The notes beneath the pieces were generated by a model, which had not been told where the DNA came from, did no database searches, and saw only the letters and a list, made by a program, of their open reading frames with translations. DNA of 63,420 nt, the filler included, from Craspedostauros australis (Eukaryota): the NCBI GenBank assembly GCA_030167865.1. It is 12 parts of 12 records of this genome, joined end to end, with 100 filler letters (N's around TTAATTAATTAA, not from the genome) between each part and the next. Parts side by side here need not be neighbours in the genome. Positions count along the whole stretch, not along the records: positions 1 to 5,859 come from JALAGF010006683.1; positions 5,960 to 11,030 come from JALAGF010006684.1; positions 11,131 to 14,405 come from JALAGF010006688.1; 9 more parts are not named here. One strand, given 5' to 3'. Shown in pieces: positions 1 to 11,160 of the stretch. Positions within the stretch are counted from its first letter, which is position 1. Every line of letters starts with the position of its first letter. The translations under genes were made by a program, and so were the position numbers.

Positions 1-940
1 TGTGTAGATCGCTGTAAGACGTTTACGTAAGTCCCGAACCAAAAAATGCCAAGAACAGCATCAACCAAAGCCAAACTCTCCGGACTTAGCTCGTGTGAGT
101 GTTCCTGCACTCATCTTTCCATTGTAGCATCATATGGAATTTATATATACAATAATGAAGTTTAGTGGCTGTTCCTCTCTTGCTCAGTGAGCACTGATAT
201 GATCCGTCAAGCACCCCATCATTCACGGACGTTTCTGGCTTGTGTTTGGCAGGTCTTCTTGTCCTGGCTGTTCCAAACAACTGATCCAACTGTCTATGAC
301 GTCACGATGACGCAAGCGTTTAAACAGAATTCCCTGAACTTGCCACCGAAATTGGTGATCCGAGTGGTCAGATATCACTCCGTCTGGCAAAGGAGCACCA
401 AACGCAAGCATACCAACACACCATCGAACCCAAACATAACATATACCATATGGTTGTGACCAACTCGGCGAGAGGATTCTGAAATGAATTTATTGTGCAG
501 ATTGAGCCAAACACCGCTAAGTCCGGAGACTTCAAAGATGGAGAGTCGATTTCCTCGAAAAAAGAGGCAAGATCCTACTGACCTCCTGTAGAATCCTTTG
601 TGTGGCTAACTGTAGGCAATGGAAACCCGGTCCGTCCTTCGTCCGTCGGAAAACCATACCAATGGGTCAACAAACACATCAAGATCGACGAGATGGTAGT
701 AACAACAAGGTAATGTTATCACTTGCCAGGATAGCCCTGGTTGTTAAGCTTACGTAGATATGAAGAGATGTTGGATTGAGTGTCTACAACTTCAAGTCTG
801 AGTTTGGGGAAAACGGGTCCAAAATCTGTAGCCAACTGTAGCCAAAAATCGCCATTTTTTGGTCTGCTTGTTTGAGGCAATAGGTCTATCTGTGTGCAAA
901 GTTTCAGATAGGTCAAAACAGTCATTACAGCTCATACACA
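1..940. mobile_element. Putative non-autonomous DNA element with imperfect terminal inverted repeats
   Basis: Start TGTGTAGATCGCTGTAAGACGTTT resembles the reverse complement of 915-940 (TGTGTATGAGCTGTAATGACTGTTTT). No credible internal ORF. The left flank is outside the window, so no TSD can be checked. Confidence 0.35.
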
Positions 941-1812
941 CTCTTCCTGGAGCAACCATTGGCAAACCAATGGTTGCCAAAAAATCTGGCCTCCCCTCGA
1001 GCCAAAAGACACCGGTCGCAGTCAAGCGAGAGGCATGCGAACAAATCGGAATCCACACATGGAGATCCATCACAAATACGCACATCTCTGGCAGAACACA
1101 ACACAAACAGCAGCACCATCGACATCGACAGATCCGCACACCACAGACCATTGACATCGATTCCATTTGGACCCATCACATAGTCAAAACCATTCATCCT
1201 GGCATAGTATTCTACCGTAGTTCGTAAAAACCGTATTCCATCCATACGAGGAGAGAGGACTCGACCCTTCTCGATACCCATATTTGTACCTCGCACAGTC
1301 ATCGCTGTCCAAGCCTCAACAACAAAGAGCAGATCGTTGCGAGTACGGATTGTCGTCGACGCAGCATGGATCCCTCCTTGTCACAATCTTCCAGCTCATG
1401 GAGCGGCTCGTCTTTGTTCACTTCCGAGGAAATATACATGTGAGTGCACTAATTGTACGGGCGCTTGCTCTTTGCTGGCGTCTACCGAAGTGGATGCGTG
1501 CATATATCCACACATGAAACTTGGTGGCTGCGTGGCTGCGGGGATGGTGGCATCCTCACTTGCATGAACAACTTGGTGTCTACCTTCCCGTCTGTGAATC
1601 AGTACTACCACATGTTCCCCTGCCTCTTGATCGCACGTGTGTGCATTTGTGCTCGTACGTGTGAGCTCGCAGGCTGAGCGCACATGATGCTGCCATCGAC
1701 TTCTACTTGCCATACACTCACGTTGACGCAACCCACCCTCTCTTCCTCTCTCTTCCATCCGACTCTGAATGTATCCGCTGGGGTACATTCTCTACTGTAC
1801 GATGCAATCAAA

Positions 1813-3718
1813 ATGAAACTGGAATGGAAACAGTGATGACATCAATGACACATGGCTTGTGCGATTGTACGGCGCGTGTAATAGGAACGACTTGGCATTG
1901 GTTCAGGTCTTGGTCGAGTCATGCGAGGAGGGCACGCTTTGCGATATTGTGCACGAAGTTGGAGATACACCACTCCATCGTGCTTCCTATCATGGAAACA
2001 TGGCCATTGTGAAGTACTTGGTGGAATCTGATCGAATCAAGGTGGATGTCAACCTCCAGGATCGCTTTGGAAGGACAGCACTCCATCGTGCTTGTGAAGA
2101 TGGACGCAGGGCTATCGTGGAGTACCTGATGGAATCCGACCGTGTTCAAGTGGATTTCAACATTCCAGACAGGGACGGCAATACGCCAATGCACATTGTG
2201 TCCGAGTGCGGATACAGAGATGCCATTCGGTACTTCATGCAATCTGGCCGAAGCGATGTGGATGTCAACGCCCAAAACAACAAAGGGCAGACATTGCTCC
2301 ATCTTGCTTGCAGGAGCGGAAACAGAGATCTTGTTGAGTACTTGATGGAATCTGATCGAATCCACTTCATTATGGAAGATACTGATGGCAACAGCTTACT
2401 CCACCATGCCTGCAAAAAAGGACAAATCGATGTGCTGAAGTACTTGGTGCAATGCCCCCAAGTTGATGCTGCTGCCAACATCAACAAGCAGAACAACAAA
2501 GGCGACACACCTTTGCATGCAGCATGTCAGAAGAAGAGAATCAGCTGCCTTCGATACCTGGTGGAATCAGATGATATCAGTGACAATGTCAATCTCAACA
2601 TTTGCAACAACAATGGTGATACACTTCTCCACCTGGCTTGTTACCCAAACTGGTTTCATTGTCCGGATATGATTGCGTATCTGGTCCATTGTGACAAAAT
2701 TGACGCAGACAACCAGATTCGCACCCAAAACAATGACGGCGACACACCATTGCATCGCCTTTGCTTTTACGGTAACTCTGACTTCTTACCTTGCTTGAAG
2801 TTGCTGCTGGAAGAGTGCCAACCCAACAGTGACAACAACGAAGACAACAGCAACAGCGAGTTGAGTATCGATGAATTATTCAAGATTCAAAACAGGCACG
2901 GGAATACGCCTCTCCATGTTGCATGCGAGCATCAGAAACGCGACGCCATGAATTACCTTCTTCAGTCGTCCAAGACCGACGGCAGCTTCAACATCCAGAA
3001 CAGCCACAGGAATACGCCTCTCCATGTTGCATGCTGGAATCAGGAACGCGACGTCATTGAGTCCATGCTCCAATCGTCGAAGACCAACGGCAGCTTCAAC
3101 ATCCAAAACCATGATGGTGACACACCTGTGCACATCGCCTTCCGCAGAGGATTTTTCATTCCGTTGGATGACACCACCGGACTCACCCACCTCTTCGAGT
3201 TCATCCAACAGCAACTCATCGCCGCCACCAACCTCAGCGATCTCTCCCATCTCAACAATTGTGTGGGAGATACAGTCATCACCAAACGATTGATAGAAGA
3301 GGCCAAACCAATTGCAAACATCCAGAATCGTACTGGCAACACGCTTCTCCATCTTGCATGCATGAACAAGGAGAGTGAAATGTCCACCCTTCGACAGTTG
3401 GTGGGACATGACTCAGTGGATGCAACACTTCAGAATAGTGATGGTGATACTCCATTGCATTGCATCTGCTGTGCCGACACTGGTGACGGAAGCGATACCG
3501 AAAGCGACGCCAACCACCATGATGACTGTCTGGAGAAGATCAACCTGCTGATTGAATCGAGCAACGTGAAGGTGGATGTGAACATGATGAACAATGACGG
3601 AGACACGGTCCTTCACTGTGCGGTCAAGAATGATCTGGTGATGGTGGTCGAGTATCTGATGACGTTGGAAGAGATTGATGTTCATGTGCAGAACAAAGCT
3701 GGCAATACGGCATTCTAA
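1813..3718 (+). pseudogene. Ankyrin-repeat protein, probably disrupted (frameshift after likely ATG, 3' end cut by LTR insertion)
   Basis: More than 12 G-[DN]-T-[PAL]-LH-x-AC ankyrin motifs in the 1859-3718 frame. ATG at 1813 is one base out of frame with NWNGNSDD. The last repeat stops at AGNTAF*, where the putative LTR begins. Confidence 0.8.
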
Positions 3719-4394
3719 TGTGCACAGGAGGCAGGTCATGATGCGAAGGTCTCGGCCCGCTTGGATCGAGACCAGTAATAGAGCTAAACTAGCAGTTAGG
3801 CTAAGGAAGGATTTCCTGGAACACATGACTCGTTTTCCCACGAATCGATCTGAACCACGTTTCGGACATAACCATGTTTGGAGCAGGCACAAGTCTTCGA
3901 AGAAACTCTTTGAAATCCAGGACTCATGGAAAAAGGGTCCCAATGACTGTGTCATCGGAACCCCTCCCCACCGAAAACTTGATGCCGATACAAGACTGCT
4001 GGATCCACGGTACAGTTCCACGTGGGAATACATGCAAGATGACCTTCGCCCAGCTTCCAACTTGATGGAGGGAAACTTTCCCCTGGTACTAGGGCTACGC
4101 AAACCCTACGCCCTTTTCTGACAGCAACCCAACAAAAGGGCCCCCTCCTGTGGTACTTGGGCTACGCAAACCCTACAACCCTTTTCCAGGGCAACCCACA
4201 CAGGGTGTCACACGAACAAGAATAATTGCACTAATCTCATAATCCGCACGTTTCTTCACCATCTACCAGTATTCTAANNNNNNNNNNNNNNNNNNNNNNN
4301 NNNNNNNNNNNNNNNNNNNNNNNNNNNNNNNNNNNNNNNNNNNNNNNNNNNNNNNNNNNNNNNAGACAACAGCCATTACGTTTGGGCTCTATTA
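3716..4394 (+). mobile_element. Putative 5' LTR of a retrotransposon (contains N gap)
   Basis: Begins where the ankyrin repeat is truncated and ends immediately before a tRNA-complementary PBS and a long ORF. Contains a duplicated TGGTACTWGGGCTACGCAAACCCTAC motif at about 4084 and 4151. Confidence 0.6.
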
Positions 4395-4408
4395 GATTAA
4401 CAGTCGCA
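4395..4408 (+). promoter_or_regulatory. Primer-binding site complementary to tRNA-Asn(GUU) anticodon arm
   Basis: GATTAACAGTCGCA. Its reverse complement TGCGA-CTGTTAA-TC reads as a 5' stem strand, a 7-nt loop with anticodon GTT and the first two pairing bases. Confidence 0.75.
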
Positions 4409-4439
4409 AAAGATTGTCAAGCTCTTAGACCTCTGCAAG

Positions 4440-5859
4440 ATGACCGTCACCCAACGCCTTCAGGTCTCCAACCGGCCACCTCCCAAGAGGAGCCCAGGAG
4501 ACAGGACCCTCGCCTTCGAGACCGTCCCCGCGGACCCGAAGGACCCAAGCCTCTCTGCCATCCTTGATGGCACGCCAGGCTACCCAACGGCCGGCCCATC
4601 TTTGCTCTCCTTCGAGGAGATCGGAGTCAACTTCATCGAGGTCACCTTCCGACACCCCATCATCGTGGATGCATGGAACCGAAAGGANNNNNNNNNNNNN
4701 NNNNNNNNNNNNNNNNNNNNNNNNNNNNNNNNNNNNNGCGGACCTGAAGGACCCAAGCCTCTCTGCCATCCTTGATGGCACGCCAGGCTACCCAACGGCC
4801 GGGCCATCTTCGCTCTCCTTCGAGGAGATTGGAGTCAACTTCATCGAGGTCACCTTCCGACACCCCATCATCGTGGATGCATGGAACCGAAAGGAAAGAA
4901 CCAACGAAACCGAAGTCATGCGCCACGTCCATAAGACTACCTGGGACGCGTTCACGGAACTCAAACAGGAGTTTCGAATCAGCATCGAAACCGCCATGAT
5001 CCTTGATCTCTTCCCAGCCAAGACCCTCGCAGAAGAGAAGACCATCTCCCAACTGCTGATCACCATCCATGAAGAAGCCACCGACATGAACCCGGCATTA
5101 ATCATGTTCAACCTCAAGCACCCGGACGACGTTGCAAGGAACTACAAGACAGGACTCCTCATCTACCACATCGGAGAATGGGTCAGATCCATCGAAGTTG
5201 AAGAGGAATCCACTCTTGAATCCACCCTTGATGCGATGTTCGCCGACACGGACACCACTGCCAAAGCCATGGCAGACTTCTGCCGTTCCGAACGATGCGG
5301 CAAACGCTACCACAACCAAGCTTGGTTGAATGCCATTGGGGAACACAAGAAAGCACTCTCCAACGCATCCGCGACCAGCATCTCATCTGGGTCAGAAGCA
5401 TCTACCCATAGAACCGGACGCGACAACGACAGCCACCNNNNNNNNNNNNNNNNNNNNNNNNNNNNNNNNNNNGGTGGGAACACCCCGCACCGTACACCAC
5501 CCAACTTCCAGAACGAAACCCAACTCTCCAGCATCGCCAAGCAAGGATCACAGAACACGTCACCAGTGATCATCGACGACCGTGGGACCACCCCGCCCAA
5601 CGAAGGCACAGAACCAGGCACCAACTACGACCAACACCCTGGTAACGACGATACCGTAGACGTATCCGACAACCGCGGCCCCACAGGACGGAACCGACTC
5701 TTCCCCAATGTAGACCCCGCGACGATCGGCGACTACAACCGCAACCCAACCGGCGCCAAGGTAGTAACCTTCGCCCCCGAAACAACCGCCAAAGGTCCAG
5801 GAGGGACCAACGCACCCCGGATGAACTACCCAGAGAACGACGGGAATCATCCACCCCAC
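4440..5859 (+). CDS. Putative Gag-like ORF of the LTR element (partial, gapped)
   Basis: ATG 32 nt after the PBS opens a long frame with a helical N-terminal part and a Pro/Asn/Gly-rich tail. The Gag assignment is positional; no diagnostic motif is seen. Confidence 0.55.
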
Positions 5860-5903
5860 NNNNNNNNNNNNNNNNNNNNNNNNNNNNNNNNNNNNNNNNN
5901 NNN

Positions 5904-5915
5904 TTAATTAATTAA
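5904..5915. other. Artificial scaffold-joining spacer TTAATTAATTAA within Ns (also 11075, 14450, 21931, 25262, 35409, 46279, 49013, 54061, 58770, 61530)
   Basis: The identical 12-mer, giving stops in all six frames, is always flanked by about 44 Ns on each side. Confidence 0.97.
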
Positions 5916-5959
5916 NNNNNNNNNNNNNNNNNNNNNNNNNNNNNNNNNNNNNNNNNNNN

Positions 5960-7954
5960 CCTCAAGTCAGGGCGATAGTATGCGATGAGTTGATCGCATT
6001 TGTCAACTCCAAGCATCCAATGATTGTAGTCGTCAATCATCTTCGGGATTCGGATGTGAGCAGAGTACTTGCTCCCCCAGACCATCTCCAAGTGCCCTGC
6101 ATTCACCTTGTTCTTTCTTGGCTTGTGGCGATTGCAAAGGACTGACTCGTTCCCATGGTGCACCGTACTGACCATCAACACCACATTGTTGTCAATCCAC
6201 CTGGTCACCACGTACTGATTGTTCTCGATCCAGACATAGAGCGAGTTGAAGCGCATGTCATCGACCTCCTTCACCTCTGTGCTGGGGAAGCCGTTCCTCC
6301 TCCTTGCAGTGCCAACAACTCCGATGCCCATCTCTCTTGACTTNGCCATGACCGTCTTGGTTGTGAAGAGGTTGTCCATTGCAACGACATGGTGATTCGA
6401 TGGGACCAATGTCTTCATGAGTTCCTCCACAGTGTTGTTGATCTTTGTTGTAGTATCCAGGCGTCCTGCAGGCAGTACATGATATCCAAATCCAGTCTTC
6501 GAACAGCACAAAGCATAGAATTTGTACCCCTCTTTGATGGGTTTCTGCTTCATCCGAGTGGTCTGCCTGGACCTGCCCTTGAATCTCACCATCATCTCAT
6601 CNNNNNNNNNNNNNNNNNNNNNNTTGATGCAGATACTCTTCGACACCTGGTTGACGTGGTCAAGCAGTGGTTGGATCTTGTGATACCAGCTTCTGTTGCT
6701 GTCAACAATCGGTGTAGGAGGAATGTGGGGCTGCGTGTACAGGGTTTGGTTGCTGCCTGTGGATGCAGAGAGGCTCGAAGTTGCAGATCGAATTGAGGGC
6801 GAGCTGCTGATGGTTGCACTTGTGAGAGAATCGTATCGGCTCTGGACGAGATCGTCTTCGCTGTCACTGACATCCTCGTCATCTGAGTCAGTGGCCTTCT
6901 TTGTGNCAGCAGNAATTGTGCCCCTCACAGCTGTGAAGTGAATGTGGTTCCACACAACTTCGTATCTTGCCCGTGTCATGTACTTTGTCAGCAAGTGGGA
7001 TGGTACGCCAATGGAAGGGGCACGCCAATAATCTCGCTTGGCCGGTGCCTTGAAGACTCCCATGTAGTAGTAGATTGCAAGGAAGAGGTAGATCTCCTTC
7101 ACTGAAACGAAGCTGGCCGTGGATCCACTGTTGAAGATATGGTTGTTGGTGTGGACTTGAATGGATTCAATGAGTTGCCGTGAGAAGTAAACCTCCAGGA
7201 TGGTATCAACTGATGGGTTGACACCTCCAACTGACCGGAAGAGTGGNGNGTGGGAACTGATGGGAAGTGGTGCATAGGCAACATTTTTGTCGGCTCCATG
7301 CACAGGAATGGTTGTGCCATCAGCACCAGTTGCATTGTCATTTGCAATTCCGTTGTTGTCCATGATTGTGCCATTTGTAGCAGTTGCTCTGTCAGTAGCC
7401 ATGGCAGCACCAATGAAAGTGGTGTGATCTGCACCCATTGATCCATCATTGCTGGGTGTGCCATCGTTGCTGGGCGTGCCATTGTTGCTTGGTGTGCCAT
7501 CGTGGCTGGGCATGCCATCGTGGCTGGGCATGCCATCGTGGCTGGGCGTGCCATCGTGGCTGGGCGTGCCATCATTGGTGTCATTGGCTGCGATTGTGCC
7601 GCTTCTCTCATGATGGCTTTTTTGCCTCAACGCAAGTTTGCGTTTGAGGCGGTTGAGGATGCGACTGCTGCGCCTGTTGCTTTCGATTCTGCTTGCGGTG
7701 CTGCTGATGGTGGTGGTACCAGCCACGCTGATGCAGGCACTGTTGCCATTGCATACTCCCTTGCTGCTCACAGTTGGTGCTCCTGCAGAGCGGTTTCCTG
7801 TCGCTCCATTAGTAGCATGAAGCAATTCTTTCCGATTGCCATTGAGGAATACCACAAAGGGTTCGGCACAATTGTAGCTTGCCGCGCCAATTGGGGGAGG
7901 CTTGGATGCTTTGACGTGCTTGGATGTGGGAGAGGACGGAGATGATGTGGGCAT
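5960..7954 (-). CDS. piggyBac-family transposase (3' end lost at scaffold edge)
   Basis: Catalytic motifs DEMMVRFKGR, AMDNLFT and YNHWMLGVDKCDQ, plus KPIKEGYKFYALC and MTRARYE. The frame is open from MPTSS at 7954. Confidence 0.93.
7443..7575. repeat. 18-bp coding minisatellite (about 7 copies, DG[TM]PS[HN])
   Basis: Tandem CCATCGTGGCTGGGCRTG units in the transposase N-terminus. Confidence 0.9.
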
Positions 7955-8627
7955 GGCCGCAGGTGGACGAGATCTGCTGTGCTTGTGTCGTGATGGGCGA
8001 TCGATGATGTGGCATCGTTGGAATTGTGATTTCAATTTTGTGATCAACAATCGTGACGATCTCTTCGACGGTGAGAAGAAACAATCAAGGAGATTGAGCA
8101 CAACGAAGAATNNNNNNNNNNNNNNNNNNNNNNNNNNNNNNNNNNGAAGCCATGTGCTGGGAGGCATCCATGGAGCTGTATGAACACGCATGCCAAGTGA
8201 TGCATGCGAAAACGGCGATCGAGTTGAGAGACGTGAGCGATGTGAGCACCGAAAAAATCGTTGATGTGTCGCGAAAATCAGCGATGATGGCCTCGCTGAT
8301 GAGTTTTCCCGTCAGTCCCGTCGCTGAAAAAACGATTCACGAGTACTTCGGAGGCCGATGGCGACCCGACCGCAGTAAGAAGACCCCTGATTCAGGAAGA
8401 TCAGAAGAAGCGCCAACTCCCAAGGATTCCGTTGGTACANNNNNNNNNNNNNNNNNNNNNNNNNNNNNNNNNNNNNNNNNNNNNNNNNNNNNNNNNNNNN
8501 NNNNNNNNNNNNNNNNNNNNNNNNNNNNNNNNNNNNNNGTAAAAGTTGCGGTCAAAAACGGAATGGGGTGAGAATGAAATTTATATTGGATCGAAGTAAT
8601 CCCCTAGGTCACGAAGGGATACTTCAT

Positions 8628-11011
8628 CACCTTCCATGGTATATACCCCAATGGTCTTTGCAGACATGGACTCTACACGAGCTGCAGATCCGCTTGACCC
8701 TCTTGGGAGTGTTTTCTTCTAGGCCAGTAATTTTTGTGGCCTTCAAGTAGCAGCAATATTGGCAAAGTCATTGCTTTCTATCGTTGTCAATTTTCTGTCC
8801 ATGGTCTTTATACACACCCATGAACCTATCCTCGCTCAACACTGGTTGGGTATTGTTCATCCCTGTCCTTGTTCTTATCTCCTTTGGGATTCTCCTTGCC
8901 CTCCTTGTGCCACAGACTTTGCAGGTCCTCGCTTTCCACACCAGTGCTTCCACCAATGCCAAGCCATATGATTTGTGATCCATTCAATCCTCCTCCTCCA
9001 CAAGGCGACTGTGCGCGATCCATGAGTTCACCCTCAGTATGTCAAGTAGGTGAAACATGATTGGCATCCATACCCTTCAACACCCCAGATTTGGTTGATA
9101 GTATGCAATAAGCTGATCACACCAATCCACCCCTCCCATCCAATGATTGTAGTCATTGATCATTCTTGGGATCCTGTTTGCAGCATTCCAGTCATCACCC
9201 CAGACAGTNNNNNNNNNNNNNNNNNNNNNNNNNNNNNNNNNNNNNNNNNNNNNNNNNNATGATTGTAGTCATTGATCATTCTTGGGATCCTGTTTGCAGC
9301 ATTCCAGTCATCACCCCAGACAGTCTTCAGATGGTTCTTGTTCGTTGTGGTCTGCTGTGGTCGATGTCGATTCTTTGTGACTGCCTCGTTTGCATAATGG
9401 ACTGTACTCACCATGGGCACCACATTGTTATCCACCCATCAAGTAATGACACACTTGTCACTCTCTGTCCAGATGTACAGAGTTGAAGCGATCATCTTCG
9501 ATGTCCTTCATTTCCTTGGGAGGGAATCCACAACGATACCTTGCAGTTCCACAATGCCCACTCCCATCTCCCTCAACTTCTCAATGACAGTCTTTGTAGT
9601 GAATAGATTGTCCATGGCNACAACATGCTTGTCAACAGGATTGAGTTTGGCAAGCAGCTCTGCGACAGTGTTGTTGATCCTGGTGGTTTTGTCCAGGCAC
9701 CCCGATGGCAGCACATGGAACATGAACCCCGAGGCTGAGCAGCAAAGTGAATAGAATTTGTAGCCTTCCTTGATTGGCTTCTGCTGCATGCAATGCATTT
9801 GTGCAGATCTTCCCTTGAATTGAACCATCATCTCATCTATGGCGCAAGCATAGTCAGGTTTCAGACACAGCCGCTTCGACACACTGTTGGTGTGGTTGAG
9901 AAGGGGCTGAACCTTGCCATACCACAACCGATCGGTCTGGAGCACTGGATGATACTTGGCGGATTGTTTCTGCTGTGATTGTGTGGATGCTCTTGCCTCC
10001 CTGCTTGGACTGTGAGGGCTACCAGCATGATGCTCCTCAGCTTCTGGTGGCAACCCTTCTGACACTCCTGATACATTCAGTTCCCAAGCTGAAACAAAGT
10101 CCATGGGGGTTCATGTCATCCTCAGCTTCTGGTGGTTCAGCTGCAGTCTCCACCGACAATTCAGACATTTTGTTCAAGGTTGGCAATGCAATGAAGTGCA
10201 TAGGCTTCCATACCATTTCATATCTTGATCTGGACATGTGTGTCATGAGTAGATGCGTTGGAACAGAGATTGAGGCAGCTCTCCAGTAGTTAATTGTTGC
10301 TGGAGCTCAGAAGAATTCCATTTAGTAGTACATGGCAAAGAAGATGTACAGCTCAGGGACGGTGATGGCAGTTGCCATCAATTTGGTGTTGCAAAGATGG
10401 CTGTTGGTGTAGAATTGGATCTTCTCCAGTAGTGAAACTGGAAAGAAGATTTCCAGGATAGTGTCACTGTTCATTTCCACATTGTGGATGGGCTGGACGT
10501 GCAGTTGTGTGCACTCACAGGTAGTGGCACATACTGAAGTGCTGGCTTTGTCTCATGTTGATGTTGAGATGCAGATGCAGCCCCTTGGGAAGCAGATGCA
10601 GCAGATGCATTGTCATCTGCGCTTCTATCAATGGTTGATTGCAACAGAGATGGGCTGGCAAACTTGGGTGGGCTGCTTGCTGATGCTTGATCCGAACAGA
10701 GCTGGACTGGCACTGAATGAAGGATCTCTCCTGGCTGAGGCAAAGTGCCTTGCCATTGATGATTGATCCATGTGGCGAATAGTTGGCTTGATCCATGTTG
10801 AGCAGTTGCATTCGATGCTCCTGTTGCTCGACCTGGAGGAAAGTGCTGTGCATCGTTGGCTCATGGAATCGGTGTGGTCAGATGGAGAAGTCTGCTGGGG
10901 TGGATTTGATGAGCTGTTGTAGGAAGACCACACATCCCTGTTGACACTACCTCATAGATTGGTGGGGCTGTTGGGTGGACCACTCTCCAAGAAATCACAG
11001 TAGGTGGGCAT
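8628..11011 (-). pseudogene. Degenerate second piggyBac transposase with C-terminal Cys-rich domain
   Basis: IDEMMVQFKGR, KPIKEGYKFYSLCC, AMDNLFT and DNNVVPMVSTVH lie in separate frames. The terminal CQYC...CSSCRVHVCKDHWGIYH domain is at about 8630-8765. Multiple stops and frameshifts. Confidence 0.9.
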
Positions 11012-11160
11012 TGGTGGCAGATGTGCTGTTNNNNNNNNNNNNNNNNNNNNNNNNNNNNNNNNNNNNNNNNNNNNTTAATTAATTAANNNNNNNNNNNNNN
11101 NNNNNNNNNNNNNNNNNNNNNNNNNNNNNNGACGAACATCATTCAAGAGCAGCAGGCTGA

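Noticed and set aside
4528..4897. Near-exact duplications flanking N gaps (also about 9143-9325, 23850-25070, 52600-54016, 55945-56775, 62603-63230)
   Set aside because: Each pair straddles a gap, typical of unmerged overlaps or allelic/repeat bubbles. Not treated as real tandem duplications.
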